From the NCBI GenBank assembly GCA_048941285.1, contig JBHLNS010000024.1, forward strand, positions 1-48,998: DNA of 48,998 bases. The letters are read 5' to 3'. How positions within the stretch are numbered: position 1 is the first letter of the stretch; every line of letters begins with the position of its first letter. The notes below the pieces were generated by a model. That model saw only the letters and a program-made list of their open reading frames with translations. It was not told the origin of the DNA and did no database searches. The position numbers and the translations under genes are program-made. This document shows positions 9,800 through 19,450 of this stretch, one piece after another. The DNA comes from Promethearchaeota archaeon. Its GTDB lineage: Archaea; Asgardarchaeota; Lokiarchaeia; Sigyniarchaeales; SOKP01.

Positions 9800-11158
9800 A
9801 TGAGTGAAAAATTAAAAGGCTATAAAGGAGAAGGAAAACAATTATTAGAAAAAAATAAACTTGGAATTTGGGACATTGTACAAATAAAGACTACAAAAAC
9901 ACAATATGAAGGAATTATTTTACCTAGAATTGAACACTCATCACCAAATTTCATTAATATCAAATTAGAAAATAACTATAATATTGGAGTTAAGGTTTCT
10001 GAAATACAAGAAATCAAAAAAATTGGAGAAAGAGAAGCAAAATATAAAATACCTCAAAAAGAATTTCCATACAATAAAGATCTCCCTAATATAAAGTTGT
10101 TGGGAACTGGTGGCACTATTGCCTCAAGATTGGACTATACAACAGGTGCAGTGATTCCCTCTTTCACACCTGGAGAATTATATAGTGCTGTCCCAGAATT
10201 AGCTGAAATATGCAACCTTGATTGTGAAATCGTATTTGAAATTCTTTCAGAAAATATGAAACCTGAATATTGGCAAAAGTTAGCAGAAAAAGTTAAAGAT
10301 GCAGCAAATTCTGGAATTGAAGGAATAATGATTGGCCATGGAACAGATACAATGTCTTATACGAGTGCTGCATTATCCTTTATGCTAAAAGATCTCTCAA
10401 TCCCAGTCGTTCTGGTCGGTAGCCAACGAAGTTCTGACAGACCATCCTCAGATGCGGCTTTAAATTTAATTAATGCTGCAATCGTGGCAAATTCAGATAT
10501 TGCTGAAGTGGTAGTTTCAATGCTTGGATCTACTTCTCATGATTATGGATTAATCCATCGAGGGACTTTAGTCAGAAAAATGCATTCTTCTGTTAGAAAT
10601 ACTTTTAGAACGATAAATAGCATACCACTTGGTATGGTTCAAAATAGAAAAATTAAGATGTTCACTAAAGACTATCAAAAAAGATCATTACTAGAAACAA
10701 AAGCAAAGACGGGATTTGAAAAAAAAATTGCTTTAATATATTCTTACCCTGGAACTGATGCCGAATTAATCAATTTTTATACAGATAAAGATTATAAAGG
10801 AATTGTGTTTGCAGGAACCGGATTAGGACATGTCTCTACTACACTCTATGAATCAATAAAAAGAGCAATTCAAGAAGGGTTAATCATCCTTATGACAACT
10901 CAAACACTTCATGGGTTTGTAGGGATGAATGTTTATTCAACTGGCAGGGAATTATTAAATATAGGGGTCATCTCTGGAAAAAATTTACTGCCAGAAGTTG
11001 CTTATGTAAAACTTGGGTGGGTACTAGGGCAAACATCAAATCCAGAAGAAATTAAGATTATGTTATTAGAGAATATTGCTGGTGAGTTTTTGGAACGAGA
11101 AATACCCATAGCTTTTAATTACAATATTGATGAATTGTTAAAAGAGAAAAAGCTTTAG
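9800..11158 (+). CDS. gatD: Glu-tRNA(Gln) amidotransferase subunit D
   Basis: TGGTIASRLDY, HGTDTM, GSQRSSDRPSSD, RKMHSS; abuts gatE. Confidence 0.97.
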   Translation: MSEKLKGYKGEGKQLLEKNKLGIWDIVQIKTTKTQYEGIILPRIEHSSPNFINIKLENNYNIGVKVSEIQEIKKIGEREAKYKIPQKEFPYNKDLPNIKLLGTGGTIASRLDYTTGAVIPSFTPGELYSAVPELAEICNLDCEIVFEILSENMKPEYWQKLAEKVKDAANSGIEGIMIGHGTDTMSYTSAALSFMLKDLSIPVVLVGSQRSSDRPSSDAALNLINAAIVANSDIAEVVVSMLGSTSHDYGLIHRGTLVRKMHSSVRNTFRTINSIPLGMVQNRKIKMFTKDYQKRSLLETKAKTGFEKKIALIYSYPGTDAELINFYTDKDYKGIVFAGTGLGHVSTTLYESIKRAIQEGLIILMTTQTLHGFVGMNVYSTGRELLNIGVISGKNLLPEVAYVKLGWVLGQTSNPEEIKIMLLENIAGEFLEREIPIAFNYNIDELLKEKKL

Positions 11159-11264
11159 CTTAACTATATGATATTAGATTTTGCTTATTAATCTCTAATA
11201 AAAATGAAAAAAAATTTATAGTTTGAATAATTTAAGTTTATATCCAGAAAATATCGTGAAGTAA

Positions 11265-11996
11265 ATGGGAAAACGAATTTTAGCGCAAAGAAAAGGCAGA
11301 GGCGTCCTTGGTTTTAGATCTCCAAGTCATAGACATATAGGAGCAGTCAAATATCGCCCATTCAGGAAAAATGAGAAATTATTTAAATTTAAAGTATTAG
11401 ACCTTGTTCATTCTCCAGGAAGAGGTGCCCCTCTTGCGAAAATTCAGTATGAAGATACAAAAGAAAAAAGTTTATGGTTACCTCCAGAAGGAGTTTTCGT
11501 AGGACAAGAATTTATCCAGTCTAAAACGGGTTATGGGCAATTAGTTGAAGTTGGAAATGTTTTACCATTAAAAAAAATGCCATTGGGTACCCTTGTCTAT
11601 AATATTGAATCTACACCTCAAGATGGGGGTAAATTTGCGAGATCTTCTGGAGTTGCTGCTATTGTAAGAAATAGATCTGGAAATAAAGTTGAACTTCTTT
11701 TTCGTTCAAAAAGAACTAAATGGATTAATGAAAATTGTCTAGCAACTGTAGGAGTAGTTGCTGGAGGCGGAAGAACCGACAAACCCTTCTTAAAAGCAGG
11801 AAACAAATTCTATCATGTAAAATCTAAGGCTCAAAAATGGCCTGTCGTGAGAGGTGTCGCTATGGTGGCTGCAAGTCATCCTTATGGAGGCGGAGCTAAA
11901 CAATCTCCTCACAAACCTACAACAACAAGCAGAAATGCTCCACCAGGCAGGAAAGTTGGGCAAATAGCTGCAAGAAGAACTGGTCACCAGAATTAA
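11265..11996 (+). CDS. rpl2: 50S ribosomal protein uL2
   Basis: MGKRILAQRKG, GGGRTDKP, WPVVRGVAM...HPYGGG, PPGRKVG. Confidence 0.98.
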   Translation: MGKRILAQRKGRGVLGFRSPSHRHIGAVKYRPFRKNEKLFKFKVLDLVHSPGRGAPLAKIQYEDTKEKSLWLPPEGVFVGQEFIQSKTGYGQLVEVGNVLPLKKMPLGTLVYNIESTPQDGGKFARSSGVAAIVRNRSGNKVELLFRSKRTKWINENCLATVGVVAGGGRTDKPFLKAGNKFYHVKSKAQKWPVVRGVAMVAASHPYGGGAKQSPHKPTTTSRNAPPGRKVGQIAARRTGHQN

Positions 11997-12178
11997 AGAA
12001 TCACTTATCTTATCTTTTAAAGGTTTAAATTGTAGAATTAGCTTATTAGCTATAATTTTATCAGTAACAATGTTAATTGTTTTAAATGTTTTATATTATG
12101 GTTAAGAATAAACTTAATAGTATATTATCACACCGAAAAATAAAAAAAAAAGGTAAAATTTAATTATAAAAGCTTAGC

Positions 12179-12568
12179 CTATTTCTTTTGCTGTTGAATA
12201 TAGAAGTATAGTAACGCGAGAAAAAACACTATTTGTATAGCAAAATTCAATCCCCCTGCCCAACCAGTACCATCAAGGAAAATTCCTAGTATTTGAACAA
12301 TTGCTCCTAATATTTGTATTAAAATATTCAATATTATGAAGTATTCAATTTTATCCCATTCTTTTTCTCTATACACCAAAAATGTGACAAACGCAAAGCT
12401 TAAAAAAATCACTCCTATAAATCTACCTGCTGTTGGATCCTCATTAGGCCAACTGAACCAATCTACATATAAATCTATGAAGAATGTAAAAAATATTCCA
12501 AATAATACGAAAATTGCAAGTTCGACAAGAAGGGTGATTTTTAATCCCTTTAAAATTTCAGGACTCAT
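12179..12568 (-). CDS. Small integral membrane protein (about 4 TM helices), function unknown
   Basis: Four hydrophobic stretches in 129 aa. Confidence 0.6.
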   Translation of the reverse strand: MSPEILKGLKITLLVELAIFVLFGIFFTFFIDLYVDWFSWPNEDPTAGRFIGVIFLSFAFVTFLVYREKEWDKIEYFIILNILIQILGAIVQILGIFLDGTGWAGGLNFAIQIVFFLALLYFYIQQQKK

Positions 12569-12754
12569 ACGATATTTTCCCTCTAATTATATTTTTGAAA
12601 AAAATTAACTCAAATGTATATTCTATATTATATAAATCTTTTCACTGGCTTAAAAGAATAATTGATAGCTTATTTTTACTAAAAGAAATTAGGAGATTGC
12701 GCCCCCTCAATCCTTAATTAGTAAAAAAGAAGAAATGGAAAAGAAAAATCTAAC

Positions 12755-13654
12755 TTAATTTAAATTAACATTAAAATTGAATGTTATATTTTGTAAAAAT
12801 TCTTTATATCGAGAACGAAGTGTCACTTCAGTCACTCCAATGACTCTTGAAATGTCTTTTTGGCTTATTTTATGATTCTTGAGCTTCGATACCAAATATA
12901 TCGCTCCCGCACATAATCCTTTTGGGTCTTTACCGCAAATCGAAGTGCTCTCAATGAAATTGTGTAAAACTTTTATAGCTTCTTTTTCCACGTTGATATC
13001 TAAACTTAAATCAGCACAATAACGAGGTATAAGGGATATTGGATCGATATGAGTTGATTTTAAATTCAATTCTCTTACTAGGATCTTATAGCATTTTTTT
13101 ACAATATTATCATTTATTGATGCTTCATCTAAGATTTCTTGAAGAGTAATAGGAACTCTCTCCTGCTTACATACATAATATGCACATGCAGCAATCATAC
13201 CATTTATAGATCTGCCCCTTAAAAGATTTCTTTTAAAGACTTCCTTATAAAGACGGACTGCTGATTTTTTTACCCTCTCTGGAAAATTTAAATTACCACC
13301 TATCCTCTTTAATTCTGTAATGGCAATTAACATATTCCTTTTTTCCCAAGATAAGTGAGTATTCCATTTTGCAGCTCTCCTTAAATCAGGATTTTTAATT
13401 TTTGTTCTATCAATAATAGTACTCAATCCTATATCTGGCATCAAAATTGAAATGGGGCATCCCGTTCGTTCTTTTTTATCCTTTTCCTGCTTAGAATATG
13501 CCCTTATACCACTGTGATTAACATCAACTGCTTTTTCAGATACAACTAAACCACAATGCTGACAAACAATCTCCCCTCTTTGTTGAATATCGATAGTACT
13601 GCCCCCACACTCAGGGCAGAAACCACCAGTTTGAGGTGTTATTTCAACAACCAT
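12755..13654 (-). CDS. tfb: Transcription initiation factor IIB (TFB) paralog
   Basis: Zn ribbon CPECG...CQHCG, two cyclin repeats (LRGRS, GKDPKG), GVTEVTLRSRYKE. Confidence 0.95.
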   Translation of the reverse strand: MVVEITPQTGGFCPECGGSTIDIQQRGEIVCQHCGLVVSEKAVDVNHSGIRAYSKQEKDKKERTGCPISILMPDIGLSTIIDRTKIKNPDLRRAAKWNTHLSWEKRNMLIAITELKRIGGNLNFPERVKKSAVRLYKEVFKRNLLRGRSINGMIAACAYYVCKQERVPITLQEILDEASINDNIVKKCYKILVRELNLKSTHIDPISLIPRYCADLSLDINVEKEAIKVLHNFIESTSICGKDPKGLCAGAIYLVSKLKNHKISQKDISRVIGVTEVTLRSRYKEFLQNITFNFNVNLN

Positions 13655-14340
13655 AAGTTTTAACCCTAATTATTAGTTTATTTATCATTTTTTATGATAA
13701 TTATTATTTTTGAACACACAATCAATACAAAAAAGTACTTTTTTACAACAAACCCTTTTTTTGTATATAATAATAGAGCCCTATCAAATATTTAAATATT
13801 CTCGTTATAACAAATCCTTTAAAAATGCATCCCTTATTTGTGTACAAAAACATATTTTAATAACAACTATGGATTTACCCTTTTAAAGTATGTATAATAT
13901 CCACAATATATCTTTTTTGTTATAAAAACCAACACAATTTCTCTAGATTTAATAAATTTATCGGGTTAATTAGATTAAATACGTAATGTCAATTTGTTTA
14001 ACTACAAATTTTTGAAATTAACCAAACTTAATTGGAATTTATAAAAAAATTATTATATATTTAATTTTTCTGAGTTTTTAACCGAACTATTAGTATTATA
14101 AATTTTTCAAATATAATTTGATAATTTTTTTACACACAACATTCCGTTTCCAAACGAGAAAAAAAAATAAAAAAAACATTAAATAATAGTTTTTTTATTA
14201 TGTTTTCAAGCAAAAATTAGCTGAGAACTAGTGGTACAAAAATTAACGATCCTGACAAAACTGAGGAAAAAAAGGATAAAAAAGATTCAAAGGAATTTTC
14301 TATTAACAATAACGGTAATTCAATTAAAAAGACAGATGAG

Positions 14341-15174
14341 ATGAGGAAATATGAAGAAGATACGGGTAAATATGCAATTTGGCGAGGAGTTATAACTGAG
14401 GGTTTTAGAAAGTGGAAAAGGGGTGAAAAAGTTTATCAACGAGAAAAGGAACGAATCTCTTTATACGTTTCTGAAGACACTAAAGTAAAATGGCTAAATT
14501 ATACAAAAATTGATGGAGATCTTACAATTTCCAAGCTTATTCGAGTCGCAGTCTCTCATTTTATCGATAATAATTCAATTGAAAAAGGGATTAGTTTATC
14601 AAAACTAAATCCTCAGACAATTTCAAATATCTCTCATACTTTAAAAGAGCCTCTAACTTCAATAAAAGGTTATTCACAACTACTTCTTGAGAATTATCGA
14701 GACAAATTGAATGACCAAGTTTTAGAGACAGTAAAAAATATTTTCGAACAATCTATCCTCCTTGAGAAAAAAATAATTAGTATTTTAGATAATATAAAAG
14801 TAGAATCAGAGTATGACGTGTTATTAATTGAAGATGATCTAGCGACCATTCGATTAATAACAAGTGTTTTTAACAGTAAGGGGTATAAATGTAAAGGCGT
14901 AGTAAGCGGTTCAAAAGGATTAGAGGAACTAGGGAATATAAATCCAAAAGTCATATTGTTAGATATTATTTTACCTGATTTGAGTGGATATGACATCTGT
15001 AAAACAATTAAGTCAGATAACGAATGGTCTAATATTCCTTTATTTTTCTTAACCGCCATAGCTGGGAGTGAGGTTGAAAAGAAACTGCCAGAGACGAAAG
15101 CAGATGGATATATATTGAAACCATTTAATTTTTCTGATTTTGAAGTAATTTTTGATATTTTAAAGAAAAGCTAA
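14341..15174 (+). CDS. RHH + HisKA(DHp) + receiver domain protein, no HATPase domain
   Basis: ERISLYVSE...TISKLIR (RHH-like); ISHTLKEPLTSIKGYSQLL (H-box); LLIEDD, LLDIILPD, FLTA, YILKPF (REC). Confidence 0.82.
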   Translation: MRKYEEDTGKYAIWRGVITEGFRKWKRGEKVYQREKERISLYVSEDTKVKWLNYTKIDGDLTISKLIRVAVSHFIDNNSIEKGISLSKLNPQTISNISHTLKEPLTSIKGYSQLLLENYRDKLNDQVLETVKNIFEQSILLEKKIISILDNIKVESEYDVLLIEDDLATIRLITSVFNSKGYKCKGVVSGSKGLEELGNINPKVILLDIILPDLSGYDICKTIKSDNEWSNIPLFFLTAIAGSEVEKKLPETKADGYILKPFNFSDFEVIFDILKKS

Positions 15175-15507
15175 GGATAATATTCTATTCTTTACCAATT
15201 TATTTAAAATTTGGACATAAACAGGATAATACATTAGCTTTCTAATAAAAAAGATTTATTAGTGGATAAAAAATTACCAAATAGTGTATATTTACATTAT
15301 TTGAAATCTTAATGGAAGAAAAAATTGAACAATTTGAGATTAATGTTTACAAAATAATGGAAATCTGATAAAAAAAAGAGGGATCAAAAAATTTCAGATA
15401 AAAATATTTCAACAAAAAAAGGTAATAAAGAAAAAGAAACGAAAGGACGGCCTTTAACAGATGAGGAGATTGATAAACTTGACTTAAAAAGTAAAGAATT
15501 TAAAGAT

Positions 15508-16344
15508 TTGATGAAAGAATATGAAGAAGGAACCGATAAATACGCTATATGGCGTGGATCTATTACAGAAGGTTTTAAAAAGTGGCTAAAAGGAGAAAAA
15601 ATATACGACAGGGATAAAGAAAGAATTTCATTATATGTATCAGAAAAAACAAAAGAACAATGGCAAGATTTTAAGGAAAAGAAGGATTATTCAACAATTT
15701 CAGCCTTAATTAGAGAGAGTGTTGATTATTATATTGAACAAAAATCTGACCTTCTAAGTGATAAATTACAGCGAATGGATGAAAAAACAATTTCTAATAT
15801 CTCCCATGCTTTGAAGGAACCGCTTACCACAATAAAAGGATTTAGTCAACTTCTTTTGGAAAATTACGCAGATGAGTTGAATGAGGATGTATTGCTTACA
15901 ATTAAAAATATCTTTGATCAAAGTTTACTTTTGGAGAATAAAATTATCAATATATTAGATAATATTGCTACCGAAGAACCTCATCCTCAATATGATATCC
16001 TATTAATTGAAGATGATTTAGCGACTATACGTCTGCTCACTAGCTATTTTGAAAGTAAAGGTTATAAATGCAAAGGGGTAGTCAGTGGAACAAAAGGTAT
16101 AGATGAGATAAGAGGTGGTGTTCCTAAACTTATTTTATTAGACATCATCCTGCCTGACATTTCAGGTTACGAGATATGTAAAATGATAAAGGAACATGAA
16201 AAATATAAAAAAATCCCTGTTTATTTATTAACGGCGATACCAGGTAGTGAAGTAGAAAAAAAAATAACTGAAATTAAAGCTGACGGATATATCTTGAAAC
16301 CTTTTGATTTTTCAGATTTTGAAGTTGTCTTCCAATATTTATAA
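15508..16344 (+). CDS. RHH + HisKA(DHp) + receiver domain protein, paralog of 14341..15174
   Basis: ERISLYVSE...TISALIRESV; ISHALKEPLTTIKGFSQLL; LLIEDD, LLDIILPD, LLTA, YILKPF. Confidence 0.82.
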   Translation: MMKEYEEGTDKYAIWRGSITEGFKKWLKGEKIYDRDKERISLYVSEKTKEQWQDFKEKKDYSTISALIRESVDYYIEQKSDLLSDKLQRMDEKTISNISHALKEPLTTIKGFSQLLLENYADELNEDVLLTIKNIFDQSLLLENKIINILDNIATEEPHPQYDILLIEDDLATIRLLTSYFESKGYKCKGVVSGTKGIDEIRGGVPKLILLDIILPDISGYEICKMIKEHEKYKKIPVYLLTAIPGSEVEKKITEIKADGYILKPFDFSDFEVVFQYL

Positions 16345-16351
16345 TTAATAG

Positions 16352-16425
16352 CGGGCTATGAGGGATTCGAACCCCCGACCGTCAGGTTAAGAGCCTGCTG
16401 CGCTACCTGCCTGCGCCAATAGCCC
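16352..16425 (-). tRNA. tRNA-Lys(CTT)
   Basis: Reverse complement gives GGGCTAT/ATAGCCC acceptor stem, CT-CTT-AA anticodon loop and GGTTCGAATCC T-arm. Confidence 0.95.
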
Positions 16426-16458
16426 ATAATTTGTTATGTATATAATATTCTTAAATAA

Positions 16459-16563
16459 CGCAGACGGAGGGATTCGAACCCCCGAGCGCTCACGCGCACC
16501 GGCTAACTTGTTGAAATGCTGAATATCTCAAGGCCGGCGTCTTACCAGCTAGGCTACGTCTGC
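16459..16563 (-). tRNA. tRNA-Ser(TGA) with a 22-nt intron at 37/38 (16505..16526)
   Basis: GCAGACG/CGTCTGC acceptor stem, CCGGC-CT-TGA-G[intron]A-GCCGG anticodon arm, long variable arm. CTTG/CAAG forms the central BHB helix with AG|A and TT|A bulges. Confidence 0.92.
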
Positions 16564-16737
16564 GTAATTTATAATTTTATATTTTATATATCTATTTTAC
16601 TTTGATGCTATAATTAGTTTATAATCAAGAAAATAAATTTTTTATTATTTTAGATTTGCTCTTTTTAAGCTCTACCTCAACATTAAGTAAAATATAAATT
16701 TCATGCTGCATTTACACTTAAAAGAGATGGTGAAGAT

Positions 16738-17226
16738 ATGAGTGGGGCAAAGGATTTTCGTTATTTAATACCAGAAAGTTTATTTAAAGAGATTACCCAA
16801 AAAGCAGCTGAAGAATATCCTCATATAATTCATGGATGGCTTTTTGCTGATCGCAAAGAGAATTTCGGAATCTGTACTAAATTTATTATGAATCCCGACT
16901 TACGGAAAAGCAAAGTTCATGTCAAACCCCGAAGTTGGATGCGTTATAAGAAATCCAAAATCTATAATATGCGTAAATTCAAAGCGGAAATGGGTGTAGA
17001 TATTGTTTGGATGTGGCATAGTCATCCTTCAGGAAACGAGAAACTACATACAATAGATAAACGTATATTGAAATACCTATCAAATGGAGTTATGATAATT
17101 GTAATTCCTCCAGCAACTGACAAAACCCCAGAACAAAAAGCTCATCTTGTTGGATGGTATTATGATAAAAGATACACTAAGAAACCAATTATCGAAAAAA
17201 TGGTTTTTGAAATAATCTCAGAATAA
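16738..17226 (+). CDS. JAB/MPN (Mov34) domain protein with a variant JAMM motif
   Basis: WHSHPSGNEKLHTID (HxH-x7-H-x2-D); N-terminal YPHIIHGWL where PxExxG is expected. Confidence 0.75.
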   Translation: MSGAKDFRYLIPESLFKEITQKAAEEYPHIIHGWLFADRKENFGICTKFIMNPDLRKSKVHVKPRSWMRYKKSKIYNMRKFKAEMGVDIVWMWHSHPSGNEKLHTIDKRILKYLSNGVMIIVIPPATDKTPEQKAHLVGWYYDKRYTKKPIIEKMVFEIISE

Positions 17227-17356
17227 GTGAAAAAACTTATTCATTTTATTCTTTTTTTTGAATTTTTTGAATTATTTTTTTAACTAACGTAAAATTTAAA
17301 ACTGTACTTAAAATTTTTAATTTACCGTTTTATTTACTCAAAGAACTTTATGGATA

Positions 17357-18556
17357 TTGGGGGAATTAAAAATGAAAGAAGAAACTCTTTCAACTCAAGA
17401 ATTTGATATAACAGAAAAACCTACTCATCATTATTTTCAAATCGATCTTTTAAAAGCTGTAATGATTTTTTTAGTTATCTTTGACCATACTTATCCTTGG
17501 GCATTAAAAGATTATATGGGTGTAGCTTTATGGGAAAGAATTTCCATTCCCGTATTTTTGTTTATTATGGGTTTTAATATGGGACTTTCATTTAAACAAA
17601 CTGGTGAAACATCTTTAAAAAAACTGTATTCATGGGATTATTTTAAAAAGAAATTTTGGAGATTTATCTTCCCCTTTTTAATCTTATATCTCATTTCCAG
17701 TATTATCGGGTTGATCATTTATGATTTTGATTTCGAAGCAATGTGGTATGGGCAACATTTTGATATTTTGTATGGTCGTTGGAGATGGGACGTTATACAT
17801 TTAGTTATAGGTATTTTACCATTCTATGGCCCAGGAAATTGGTTTTTACCGGTTGTGTTCTACTCAATATTAATTATGCCATTATTATACAAATGCTTTT
17901 CAGGAAAACAAGTATGGAGAATTACTGCTTTAGTCCTATGCTATGTTGTAGAATTATCAATTAATCTCACCATTCGATTTATTCTTATTCCTAATGTTAG
18001 TTCCACTTCTGAATTTTATTTATATTACCGATTTATCATCACAACACCATTTTTCATGTTATCTGCGATAGGATTAGGATTATGGTTTTCAAAAGACCAT
18101 AGATTGTTCTCTAAACAAAATCTATTCATCTGGCTTCTATTTCCCTTAAGTTTAATCTATCTCATTTTCTATCAGTTCTTTCATCTTCGTGTTGGTGTTG
18201 TATTTGGCGATTATAATTTTTTTGTTTTTCCTTATTCAGCCTTCTTAGTTTTATTTGCACTAAATATATTGCCCAAAAAAGTCAATACCAATAATTTTTT
18301 CGTAAAAGGAATTAACATAATTAGCAAATCGACATATCATATACTACTGACTCAAATGTTGTATTTTGGAATCGTGATAAGTTTATGGGGGCACCATTAT
18401 GGAGCAAGTATTATTGGAATCACCTTTTTATATGATCCTTTAGTAGTTTTTCAATATCTCCTAATCAATTGGATAATATGCATTCCAATCGGTACTTTAT
18501 GGTGGCACGGAGAAAATAGGGTACGAAAATATCGACTTGCAAGGAAAAAATTATGA
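17357..18556 (+). CDS. Acyltransferase-3 (OafA-like) membrane O-acyltransferase
   Basis: IDLLKAVMIFLVIFDH, PVFLFIMGF, KKFWRFIFP, GNWFL, STYHILLTQ; about 10 TM helices. The start may be the ATG at 17372. Confidence 0.85.
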   Translation: MGELKMKEETLSTQEFDITEKPTHHYFQIDLLKAVMIFLVIFDHTYPWALKDYMGVALWERISIPVFLFIMGFNMGLSFKQTGETSLKKLYSWDYFKKKFWRFIFPFLILYLISSIIGLIIYDFDFEAMWYGQHFDILYGRWRWDVIHLVIGILPFYGPGNWFLPVVFYSILIMPLLYKCFSGKQVWRITALVLCYVVELSINLTIRFILIPNVSSTSEFYLYYRFIITTPFFMLSAIGLGLWFSKDHRLFSKQNLFIWLLFPLSLIYLIFYQFFHLRVGVVFGDYNFFVFPYSAFLVLFALNILPKKVNTNNFFVKGINIISKSTYHILLTQMLYFGIVISLWGHHYGASIIGITFLYDPLVVFQYLLINWIICIPIGTLWWHGENRVRKYRLARKKL

Positions 18557-18707
18557 TTTATAGGTTATATGAAAATAATTTTAACCATTAAATCCAAATT
18601 TTTTTTCGATTTATCTTTATAGTCTAAAAGCCTAATTTTTATAATAAAATATTAAAATTTTCAATCGTTATATTGAACTTGTAATATTTATTAACAATAT
18701 TAAAAAT

Positions 18708-18790
18708 GCTCAGGTCGCTTAGCCTGGTAGAGCGCCGGTCTGCTAAACCGGTGTCCAATGGATCCGTGGGTTCAAATCCCACCCTGAGCG
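18708..18790 (+). tRNA. tRNA-Ser(GCT)
   Basis: GCTCAGG/CCTGAGC acceptor stem, CCGGT-CT-GCT-AA-ACCGG anticodon arm, long variable arm, GGTTCAAATCC. Confidence 0.95.
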
Positions 18791-18797
18791 TAGATAT

Positions 18798-18819
18798 GGG
18801 CCAGTGATCTAGTGGTTAT
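18798..18819 (+). repeat. 5' fragment of tRNA-Val; direct repeat of 20132..20153 (21/22 identical), possible att site
   Basis: GGGCCAGTGaTCTAGTGGTTAT versus GGGCCAGTGgTCTAGTGGTTAT. Confidence 0.8.
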
Positions 18820-18932
18820 CACGAGTGTAGTTTATCTAATTATCTTGATTCCATTTTTTCTTAAGTTATTTTCAATATATGGATATAAAATTAGAGGTTC
18901 ATATTCTAAATTAGGTATAACTAAACTTTTTA

Positions 18933-19192
18933 TTTATCTTCAGTATATAATTTATAAAGAATAGCTACTCCATGCCAAACTAAATATTCTTTGGGCAATT
19001 CTAATGCCGATAACTGATGCTTTAAAAAAGAACATTACATTCCAGTATTGTTCTCAAAAGTCTTATTATCGACACCTTTTAATGATAATCTTACAAAAAA
19101 ATTTTCAAACTTGCTCGAATCCTTAATATATTCTTCATCTAACAATATGCCATTTGATTCAAGTATAAATAATGTGTCTTTTGGAATGTAAT
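18933..19192 (-). pseudogene. Fragment of an archaeal radical SAM protein (approximate ends)
   Basis: Hand translation FILESNGILLDEEY...VRLSLKGVDNKTFENNTG, then a stop/frameshift and QLSALEL. No CxxxCxxC and no start codon. Confidence 0.55.
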
Positions 19193-19309
19193 CTCAACCC
19201 TATTTAATCGATGGCATCTTAGGGTTTCATAATCTTTTGCGATTAAGGTCTTTCCAAAAGCAGGATATCCCATAATTATAATAATTTTGTCCTTCATATT
19301 CCATGCCAT
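19139..19309 (-). pseudogene. N-terminal fragment of a P-loop (AAA_33/polynucleotide-kinase-like) protein
   Basis: MKDKIIIIMGYPAFGKTLIAKDYE...HRLNR, then unrelated sequence and a stop after 56 aa. Confidence 0.55.
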
Positions 19310-19450
19310 CTAATTTTTAGTAATTTCAGCGAAGCCATCGAAATCATACTTATCTGCAAGTTGAGAGATCGAATTAATTTATTAAAATGAATTTTTTTTA
19401 TTATAATGCAATTAATATTGGAAAATAAGTAAAAAAACAATTGTTTAAAA

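Noticed and set aside
16459-16563. Possible tRNA-Sec (long variable arm, TGA/TCA in the loop region)
   Set aside because: On the coding strand the anticodon is TGA (Ser), and the acceptor stem is a standard 7 bp.
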